From Lytechinus pictus (taxonomy: Eukaryota), in contig NC_087245.1 of NCBI RefSeq assembly GCF_037042905.1, forward strand, positions 29,390,001-29,454,000: a DNA stretch of 64,000 nucleotides. The letters are read 5' to 3'. Numbering within the stretch: position 1 is the stretch's first letter; every line of letters starts with the position of its first letter. Of the stretch, positions 53,999 through 64,000 are shown one piece after another. Below the pieces are notes generated by a model, which saw nothing but the letters and a program-made list of their open reading frames with translations, had not been told where the DNA came from and did no database searches. Both the position numbers and the translations under genes were made by a program.

Positions 53999-54581
53999 AG
54001 GAGAATGAAACTCTTGGAGCAAGTTAGCTTTTGTGAAAGCAGAAAAATCAAAGAATAAGATCAACAAAACTTTGAGTAAAATAGGACTAGCAATAAAAGA
54101 GTTATGAGCATTTGAATGTCGAGATCAATAATGCTATGGAGATCCTCCCATTGGCAATGCGACCAAGATCTGTGATGTCACACACGTACAACTCTCCCAT
54201 TTGGACACTGAAAATATACCCCAAAACATCTCTTTTTGCTCATTCTAATCATATGACAAACGATTCATCAATGATATAATGTTGTGAAACCTCTGTACTT
54301 GTCATCTCATAAAGAGAACACCTCACCTTGTGATAGACTCTATAAAAGTGAGAATATAAGTGAAATAAGTACTAAAGTAATGAGGGAGTTGTACGTGTGT
54401 GATATCACAGATCTTGGTCGCATTGCCGTTGGGAGGATCTACATGGCACTAGTGATCTCAATATTCGAATGCTCATAACTTTCTTATTATTCATTCAATC
54501 TTCCTCAAATTTTCAACAATATGTTTCTTTGATTTTTCTCTTTGATATGAATTCAGCTGGTTTCGAGGGTTTCATTCTCCT
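53999..54581. mobile_element. Full-length Kolobok-like MITE, TTAA TSD
   Basis: TTAA|AGGAGAATGAAAC ... GTTTCATTCTCCT|TTAA; ~200-bp imperfect arms including GGCAATGCGACCAAGATCTGTGAT / ATCACAGATCTTGGTCGCATTGCC. Confidence 0.9.
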
Positions 54582-55631
54582 TTAAGTTATTATACAAGGC
54601 AAAGACCATATGCTTACCCCTAAAGATCGATATAATTTAGGTTTATATCCATGTCACGAGAGGAATTCGGGTCAGCGTGCAATTAACATGCAAACGGATA
54701 TTCAGCAACAGGACGGTGATCTGAACACTCGTAGTGCTTTGTAATTGGCCCATAAATAATTTGCTAGTGAATTTCAATGCGACTGATGAGTGTCGGGAGA
54801 TGGACATGAACATGTACAGCATGCTGACAAAAGGACATTAAAATGTAATCTCGAGACCCCCGAAGTAACTTTCCATGAATTGATGGAAATAATAAAAGAA
54901 AGCGAAAGACCAGACCGTGATAACGAAATATCACTATGTATATTTTTTGTCGTATCCTTCACAGTCTTATATTTGCATTCCTCCTTTCTTTACATTACTT
55001 TCTAAAGAATTTACCTTTATCAAAATACGGGGATCTTATGGGTTTCATTTAAGAGCCTTTTATAATCACTGAAATATGGGTAGAGAAACTGTAATTTTGT
55101 TACTATTAAACTCACCTTTATATCAATCTTAACATCAGAGAGGTGTGCATGGGAAATGGATTCGTAGTCTGATGATTCCAAGGCTTCATGAGTACTGTAA
55201 AGAGATTTTAAAAAGATCAGATATTAATGTAGGGATACAGCAACGTATCGGAAAATGTCGTTTTGCACCCCCCCAAGTTTCACGAAGCCGCGGCCAGTGA
55301 CCCTGGCTGCTTACCTCCAGTGGTGTATCCCTTTTTACAGATTGTTAGTGGTGCTCTTCACCTGGCCTATGGATTGATACGGTTGGGATTCGCGGTAAAC
55401 CGCTTCCTCGTAATGCGGTTAGCAGCATACCAGTATAATGAATGCATCGTACACTTGTTCTCCTATTTCACGGGACCGAATAGGCGCCAAATTTTCAAAG
55501 TATTGAATTCGTTTTAAAGTGATCTTTCGATCGACAATAGATGACTTCATCGCACACCCCAGAATGTAGAAGCTCCTTGCCTCGAGTGCCCAAAGAAGGT
55601 GGGTATGTGCGATAAAAATATGCTCTATGCT

Positions 55632-55658
55632 TATTATTACTGTTATTATTATTATTGC

Positions 55659-55692
<34 letters not shown>

Positions 55693-55765
55693 GTTGTTGT
55701 TGTTGTTGCTGCTGTTGTTATCATTATCGGTGTTGTTGTTGTTATTATCATCATCATAATTATTA
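55632..55765. repeat. Compound (ATT)n/(GTT)n/(ATC)n microsatellite
   Basis: Direct reading. Confidence 0.9.
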
Positions 55766-55902
55766 GTATATATGTATCTCTTTTTTTCTCACGATTCAAG
55801 CAATAACTGTTCGCTAAGAGCGATGACCACATAATAGACATTGCATATCAATGAATTCAATAATGCATAAGACATGTAAGAGAATTGAAAAGATCACCTT
55901 AT

Positions 55903-56180
55903 GGGCGTATTCTAAACTCGGGTTCAATTTAAAGTCTGGTTTATAGATGTGGATATGGATAGCCAATTGTGACACGAATCTCTGTCGGTACAATTATCAG
56001 CTCACTTGACAAATCATTCATAACTATCTGGAAATAATAACTAAAACATTCTACATCATTAAAGCATGAGGAAAAAGCACAGAAAATATAGGAAATATAC
56101 AAAATGTTGACATCTTCCCAAGATATTAGTACACGCTTTAGACCACGCCTTACGTTAAACAAGATTTAAGAATACGGGAC
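55903..56180 (+). mobile_element. Diverged copy of the 34805-35108 MITE family
   Basis: CGTATTCTAAACTCGGGTTCAA ... TTAAACAAGATTTAAGAATACG ends; shared internal TATGGA.AGCCAAT, GAAATATAC, TTAGACC. Confidence 0.7.
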
Positions 56181-57344
56181 TTTGTGTCATTTTAGCGTAT
56201 TTTCTTTCTTATGCATGAATAATTATACTCTTAAATATTAGATAATTTCTATGCCTAAATGATATATCACAGATTGCTTGCCCTTCTTTAGTGATCATCT
56301 ATGATATCAAATTGTCGTTTATTTTTATTTTTTTAAAGCAAAGAGGACTCAGTTGGATTAAGAGAACAATAGCAGAGAGTTTGGTTGGGCAATAATGAAA
56401 ATTAAACTTTTAAAGATAATTTTCCCCTAAACTTTCTTGGCTTCCCTTTCTTCCTCGCTGTTACACCTGCCACAGAGAAGATAAGAGTAAAGAGCAAAAC
56501 CAAAGACGTTTCCCAAAAGCATATTCTTTCGTTATTTTCTAATTCTAAAACGATTCCCATTTTACATGCTTGTATTGTTTTTGTATTAACATCATTATAA
56601 AAAGAATGCTTCTTATTTTGCTGTATTTCGAGCTGCAATTCGACAAAAAACGAAGCTCAGCAGCACTTCATGATGCGAAGAGGTTGTCAGAGGAGATTTT
56701 CAAACACGACAATTGTTTTTACATAATCACCTAATTTGTCAAAGGCACAGTCGTTAGTCCGTAACTGTTTCTTCTCAAGCTCTCAAAATACCATTCGGGC
56801 AGAAAATCAAATCAATTCACTCCTAGTACAATTTCGTGTTGAGGTGACGAAACTCGTAGGCGACTTGTCTATCTTTTCTATCTTTTATTCATCAGAATCG
56901 GAAGGATGCGATATTTTATTACTGTGTAAGATATAGGTATGCATAATAATGCCATTCTGAGTTCTTGTTACCTGTGGATGTACAAACTTTTAAGATTGTA
57001 TTGATCTTCTCACACGAACACGCCTGTACACACTCACCCACCCTCACCTCACACACACACACACACACCGTCTTACACAAACACACATCCCAGTGGCGGA
57101 TCCAGGGGGTGGCGCAGGGGGCGCGCGCCCCCCCCCCTAATAAAACAAAAATAAAAGAAAAGTAAAAGAAAGAAAAGGCGCTGCTTGAAAAAATAAAAAT
57201 AAAGGAAAGAAAAGAAAAGGCACCGCTTAAAAAAATTATACACTGATATAATATTAGCAACAGTAACGAAAGACTATCCCCCAGCAAAGCACAATCATAT
57301 CATCTTCCTTATCTTTTCTTTTAACTACCCTTTTCCCAACAACT

Positions 57345-57950
57345 TCGCCGGTTAAAAATAATCAGCAGTGTGCTGCCTGCATATAACTGGCGCCAATCAA
57401 GAATAATCAGCGCCACCTTAATCTAAATCGGCGCCGGACAAGAATAATCAGCGCCATTTGGTTATAAATCGGCGCCAGTCGAGAAAAATTGGCACTGCCA
57501 GAATCTTAACCGGCGCCGATCAAGGATAATCAGCGCCACCTATATTTAAATCGGGGCTGGTCAAGAATAATCAGCGCCATCTGGTTATAAATCGGCGCTG
57601 CCTGAGTCTTAACCGGCGCCGATCAAGAATAATCAGCTCCACCTAAATCTAAATCGGCGCCGGACAAGAATAATCAGCACCACCTGGTTAAAAATCGGCG
57701 CCAGTCAAGAATAATCGGCGTCTCCTGGTTCTAAATCGGCGCCAGTCAATTATGAATTGCCGCTGCCTGAATCTTACGTGACGTCGGTAAAAATAATCAG
57801 CACTACTAGTTCTAAGTCGGCGCCGGTCAAGAATAATCAGCGTCCCCTGGTTCCAATAAATAGGCGCCGGTAGAATAATGAAGAAGGGCCTATTGTCAAC
57901 CAAATCTAGATCGGCGCCGGTCAAGAATGATAAGCGGCACCTGGTTATAC
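57345..57950. repeat. 41-bp GC-rich minisatellite (~14 units) with higher-order structure
   Basis: Consensus GGCGCCGGTCAAGAATAATCAGCGCCACCTGGTTATAAATC; units start at 57389, 57430, 57471, 57512, 57553, 57615, 57656, 57697, 57738, etc. Confidence 0.92.
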
Positions 57951-58366
57951 ATTTTATTGTTGAATGGTCATAACAAAGCTTATCGCATGTCCTTACAGAG
58001 TGGACTGGGGCGGGGCAGTTGCCCACAGAATGACAGATGTCATGAAATATTTAATTTATAAAAAAATTCCCAGAATCATACAAAAGCGTAGAGCAAATCC
58101 TTTAATTTTGATCTTATTTTCCAATGCTTTAATAAAAAGAAGGTCAGTCACTTTCCTTCTTTACACATTCCACATTGTGCCACCTCTATGGCCTTTAGTT
58201 TAAGACAGCTACTATAGTGTTTTATGAAGATGATTCGATATTTTAGCCCAAAACTTTGCTACAACCCGTTGCTAGTACCGGGAGTGTATAATTACGCAAC
58301 CAGTCGTATATTGAGATTGAGCTACACAACTCGTTCTTTATTTAAAACCGTGCTTAAATTATCCGC

Positions 58367-58870
58367 TTCTCAGATTGGAATATAAAAATTTTCAGCTCGC
58401 GCTTCGCGCTCGCATCATTTCTGTAGCAAAACCCCATACTTTTCATGATTAAATAGGTGAATAGAATGTTCCGTTTTCAGTTCTAAACGTCAAAAGAACT
58501 CCCGCTTCGATTTGCAATAATCTTTTGCTGGATATAATCTTGTTCTTTAATACAAACGTCCATTAAACTGTCATTTTTTTCAGATCGAAATATCAAAATT
58601 TTAAGCTCGCGCTTCGCGCTCGCATCTGTTGTTTTTTTAGATACCCATCTTAATCATTGGTACCAAAAATGCATAGAATATAAAGCTTTCTGGTCAGAAT
58701 ATAAAGAAATTTCAGCTCGCCCTCGGCACTCGCATTATCTGTGTAGTGAGATATGTATCTTCCTCATTAGTTACTACAAACGGTCCTAAACAGGCACCTT
58801 TTTCCTGTTTTCAGTTCAGTATACTAAAAAATTTCAGCTCGCGCTTCGCGCTCGCATTAATTTGTTGGTG
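58367..58870. repeat. Degenerate ~105-120-bp tandem array with conserved GCTCGCGCTTCGCGCTCGCAT core
   Basis: Exact cores at 58395, 58605 and 58837; degenerate cores at ~58498 and ~58715; each preceded by TTTTCAG..AATAT.AAAATTTTCA-like sequence. Confidence 0.85.
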
Positions 58871-60165
58871 AGATATGTGTTTCTATCTCATGAGTCATGT
58901 AAATATATATATATATATATATATGCATATGTGTGTGTGTGTTTGTGTGAGTTTGTTTGTTTTGTCTGATATCGAGCGCCTTTGGAAAGTTGATTCATGA
59001 TTTTGCCCCCCAAATCTTAAAAAAAGGATCGATGCCCCTGTGTATATATATATATATATATATACATATAGTAAAGAAAAACTTGTATCTTTATTAATAT
59101 ACAAAAGTATTTGCCTCATCGCAATAAAAGGGTTAATACACGAGATTTTGAAATCGCACATAATTTGTGTTACTTTTTGCTTGTTTCCGTTCTTTAATAA
59201 GTTTTTCAAACTCTCTATATATGTTTTAGAAAGATTATATGTTTAAATTGATGTATATTTTCTGTTATAATGAGATATGTTTAAGTGGACTTCAGGGAAT
59301 GGTCGTACGCAGCAAGGGGGAAGGGGGGCACATTCGCGATCTGCTGTTGTGAAAAACAATTTTTTTTCCTTAACATTTCATGAAAACTATGAAAAATGTG
59401 CAAATGTGAAATGTGCACCAAATTTTCGAGTCTTGCCCCCCCCCCGGAAATATTATCTGCGTGTGGTCATGCAAAATGGCATGACTGGAAATCCTACATT
59501 TTTATAAGAGCGTTTGACAGGGTCAGACTTTACCCCTTTTTCAAAATTTTATTTTATGGCGCCGGTGAAGTGCAAAAATATGTGCGCCGCTCGGCAGTGC
59601 GCCCCCCCCCCCCTTTCGCAAAAAGCTGGATCCGCCTATGCATCCCTATATCTTTCTCTCTCTATTTATCTATCTATCTTGTCACCAGTACAACCCCCTC
59701 TCTCCCTCTTTTTCTTTTCTCTCCAGGTATCTCCAACTTTTCAACTTCCCTTTTCCTCAACTTTTACTCCTGACTTTTCCTGCATAGATTTGTTCGTCTG
59801 CCTCTTTCTTATGGATCTTATAATAAGATGTGTCTGTCCCCTAAACAGACACATCTTTCTTCTTCTCGCCTTTCTCATCATTTTTGTGCGTCATATCATT
59901 TCTCCATTGTACCTGCTTATCACCCACCTCCTCCCCCCCCCCCCCTCCATCGTGTAAAATATATACTGTATATGTATTGAGCGCGTTTCGAAAGATATCC
60001 AGAGAAGAGATGATCCTTGCTGGTAATCTAATTTCAACTGGAGTTTTGTTTACCTAACCACTTGACTCACTTAGAAGAACCTGGTCCTAATGCTCCATTT
60101 TGAATGAAATATTCCTTGGGATACCCTTTACCCTTACCAAGTATATGTAGTCATGCCACTATAGG

Positions 60166-60166
60166 G

Positions 60167-60198
<32 letters not shown>

Positions 60199-60265
60199 GG
60201 ATGGATGAATGGATGGGTTGATTGACTGATTGATTGATTGATTGATGGATGGATGAATAGATGGG

Positions 60266-60319
<54 letters not shown>

Positions 60320-60348
60320 TATTTATTTATTGATTGATTGATTGATTG
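60166..60348. repeat. (GATT)n/(GATG)n microsatellite
   Basis: Direct reading. Confidence 0.95.
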
Positions 60349-63300
60349 AACGAATGGTTCATTTTATTAATTTGAGATTGATGCTGAACTAAGCCCGATA
60401 TAATTTCAGAAAATGATGTATTGGTTTTCTTAACAGAGATAATGTACTTTTTTTCGCTTAAAGCCTTGATTTTTTTCTTCCTTACATTCGTAACTTAGCA
60501 ATTCATTATCGATTGAATTGTCATAAGAAATAAAATAAATTAAAACAGGATCTTTTAATAGGAAGTTATTCATGATCCCACACAGCGATTGATTTTTTTA
60601 AAATATATATCCGATTAATGATTAATTGTGCTACTTAAATAACATCTCGTTAAACGGGTAATTCATAGGAATATCTTTTAAAACAAACCCATATCTGAAT
60701 GTGTCTTAAACGGCAAATGAATGGTTACTGTATTGTGCATCAATTTTTAAATACAAAGTGACTGCGTTAAACATAAATGTTTGAATCTGAGCCTGGATCC
60801 ATCTTAAGTAATTGTTGTCAATTGAGTTAATGGTGCTAATGGTTATGGTATATTCGTCAACAAAATTATCACGGTTCATGAAAGTATTCATCTTCCATGA
60901 ATGTGCAATAAATGACTCATATGCATGTATATATATGGCATGAGATGGTGCTTGTCATTAATATCATGGTATGGGCCCCAATACATCAGCATACTGACGC
61001 CTTATATAGAACTATCAACGAATATATTATTAAAGATAAATATATCTATCTTTAAAATTCGATTTCGGAAATGTCTTGTTCTTGTTCATTGCTCTGTGTA
61101 TTCAGCCTCGTGTTTTGGGGGATGCTTTTCCCGTGCAATCTACTTGTAAATCCTTAAGATTTTAACAGCGACTCGAGTATCGCCTCCTTTCCCACCACAC
61201 GAAACGTAACACCTCGATTTCTGACTTTAGAAATGATGGGATTAAGAGGCGATGTGGATAAGAAAAATCAAACAAATATGCATTTCTCTTAAATTATTCG
61301 CTCGATAGGGCATCATGATCCAAGAGGGGAACTTTGGGGATTAAACCGCCCCCCCCCCTCCGACATATAATATACGTGCATTACTAAAGTAATGGTATAT
61401 AAAAATAAACTCACTGGGGAACAAGTTGTAACTTAACCTCCACCTCCTAGATAAAGAGAAAAAAATATATATATATATATATATATTTACTCATATTTTG
61501 GATATTATTATAAAAAGGAATTCAAAATGAGATGAATTAATGGAGAAACTCAGGATATCCTGGGAATTAGAAGCACTATAAACACAAAGATATTTAGTCG
61601 AAATTCATGAAAATAAGATCAAAATCTTAAAATTTGTTTTATACTTATAGCAAATTGTACGGTATCGATTAAAAACAGTGAGTTTTTCTCATGCCAATGC
61701 GCTTTACAAAGGATTCAGTGAAACTGCTAACTAAATCAGAACTCTCTCCGCTGCCCCCACTAAGTCGTTCTTGCTTTATAAGTGAAGTGAGGTACTCATC
61801 GGCGGCTACTTAAAGTATCAAGAAAGAATCCCAAAATGTTTTGATGTTTGGGTACTTTATTCTTATAGCACGTGGAGTCAACATCATAGAGTGATTCCAA
61901 ATAAATGGGACTTAGTTATGGATGGTGACAGACCGGGCACTTCTTCTCTCAACCATGACGAATCTGTCGACAATCTGTTCGTTTGAAATGATCGATGATT
62001 AATGGCGCTCGCCAAGAAAAGGCGAACGGTTCTTGAAATCACGTGACTTTTAGAGCATGCAAGCGGGTTCACCCGACACTTTTCTATAGGCGCCATCTAG
62101 TTTGGATGCCTTCCTTTTAAAATACACGTAATTTTGTACTTTTCTCTCGTATAGGTATTTCATGCATCAAAATTTGAGGCAAAGAAGTTCATTTTCGCCA
62201 TCATGTCCATATGTTTAAGGAAGAAATAAAGAAAGTTTGAATACGACATTCGTGAATATAACCCATGTGTTGTTAACATTTCTTCAACTCCCCCCCCCTC
62301 CCTCACACCCAAACAAAAAAGTGATGATGATGATGATGATAATAATGATTCTTATAATGGGATAATTAATTAATTGATTTAACTAAATCAAATCAAATGA
62401 TACATATCAATAATTTAATTGATGAATTAATCAATTAACATCTAATGAAATCTTTAAAGAGGTAAAAGTCATCTTATTCATTGCATAGAACCTATCATAC
62501 ACTTAAATCTATGTTTGTCCATTATTTTAGTTAGGGACAAATTCAAGCACTGATTAGTTGTTTCGACCGATTCTTCTTATAAGTTTACGTTTTACTGACT
62601 CAAGAGATGTTCTAGACCATAGTTTAATGTGAGGATATTCTTGATTGATTGGCATTGGCATTGGCAGTTTGTCTGTCTCCCATTATCGAAGAGAAGGGGA
62701 ATTTAAATGAATTGTGCCTTAAGACGGGCACATTAATGCGTAGTGGCAAACGATGAGGAAAGGTGGCACGGCAGTATGAGAGGGGCACGTATGGCTCTGT
62801 AACACAATCTGGTAAACACATCCAGGGGATATACTGGAAGAGGCTGGTAAAGAGATAGTGAGGAGAGAGAGGGGAAATGGATATAGTAAATTAGAATGGG
62901 GAGAGATAGTAAGCTGTAAGATGAACGAACGAGGTGTTTAATTGGGATGTATGGTTCTTACACTCCAACGAAGAAGATGGAGAAAGAGAAGAAGAAATGA
63001 GGAGGAGGATATGGGTGGGGGAAGTACTGCCATGAGTCCAAAAAAAAATTAATTTATATCAGCCAAAGTGTTTGACTCGGCTATTTGGGATTACAATAAT
63101 TGTAATAATGTAATGAACCTAAAAACCGTAAGCAAGGACTAGGTAAATGTGACGTCTGTATTTCTCAAAATAAGCAGAACATTGTACTAAGTACAAAACA
63201 TATGAGAACTGCTCATAACGCTGTGGAAATTTATGTGTACATTCATTTGGCATGACCGTGGTGTTGTTTTTACATGTAGTCATAAGACTCAGAAAACACA

Positions 63301-64000
63301 TGGAAGCAGGAGGGAATTACGTGGGAAAGTTCGATCTCATTCTGTTGATATAATCAGGAATGAAGTAGATCATATGCAAGCAACAATGCAAAGGAAAATA
63401 TATTGCAAGGTACAGAAGGAAGAAAAAGGCGGAAGAAAAAAAATGTAAACGAAAATACGGATGAGCCTGGGAGATCGATACAGCGAGGCCTGTGATAATT
63501 ATGTAACAAGAGGAATCGAATCTCGAAAAAGGCGCGAGATCGATACTCTTGATAGCACCGCGTGTCAGCTTATGCACCATACCATCCTTGTTCGCAACTG
63601 AAACGTAAGAAGTAAGGTCATGAACATCCTCCTCAGTCCCTAGGCTCTCTCCCTCTCCCTCATTATCTAACTCTTCTTTCTCTCTCGTCATCCCCGAAAA
63701 ATGACCCATTGCACATTCAGGGCTGCAATTAAGATGTAGCCCGAAGACACACAATTTAATAGTTCTGATCGTGTAAGCGTTCAATAAATGCGTCGAGATA
63801 TCGAGTTCTGTTACATGTGATTGGGGGTTGTCAAATACGAAGTTCGTGAAGAAGGGTATTTCAAGACAATCAGACTAAAAAGGTTATTGCACGCATCTAA
63901 CACGAAGTTACTGAACAATATGACTAAAATGTGGTAGTACACACGTATTTTCCTCTGAAATGTGATTGTGCGGTGGATCACCGGTACTTTATAAAAAGCA

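Larger units (their letters stand above)
57091..59640 (+). mobile_element. Composite/nested cluster of G-string (hAT-like) non-autonomous elements
   Basis: Starts CAGTGGCGGATCCAGGGGG..GCGCGCCCCCCCC and ends CCCCCC..GCTGGATCCGCCTATG; CATCC on both flanks; further element ends at ~59004-59040 and 59298-59471. Confidence 0.55.

Noticed and set aside
54701..54720. REST/RE1-like TTCAGCAACAGGACGG
   Set aside because: Wrong half-site spacing and several mismatches.
58367..58870. CRISPR array
   Set aside because: Eukaryotic context, no cas genes, repeats degenerate, and linkers of uneven length that resemble each other.
63317..63784. 155-aa minus-strand ORF with acidic stretch
   Set aside because: The acidic part comes from a CT tract; no recognisable homology or convincing splice sites. 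A BLAST search would settle it.

Overview
Eukaryotic, AT-rich (about 35-37% GC by eye), essentially non-coding window: a large intron or intergenic region of an invertebrate deuterostome. The repeat content (Deu-domain SINE, G-string MITEs, GCTCGCGCTTCGCGCTCGC repeats) suggests a sea urchin; this is inference. No ORF in the supplied track resembles a recognisable protein, and there is no rRNA, authentic tRNA, cas gene or CRISPR array. The window holds many non-autonomous transposons: tRNA-derived SINEs (one near-complete DeuSINE) and more than 20 palindromic MITE-like DNA elements (CACT/CCC-ended with 2-bp TSD, TTAA-flanked Kolobok-like, Harbinger-like, Crypton-like hairpins), often nested. 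It also contains microsatellites and a few candidate cis-regulatory clusters and exons. Most unusual structures: (i) a 57.1-59.6 kb composite element carrying a 41-bp higher-order minisatellite with CTCF-like cores and a ~110-bp periodic array of GCGAAGC mini-hairpins; (ii) three dispersed copies of an exactly 132-bp, gapless but ~22%-diverged palindrome; (iii) an RFX/CCAAT/Otx motif cluster at 11.2 kb. I cannot support a novel protein-coding system from this sequence.
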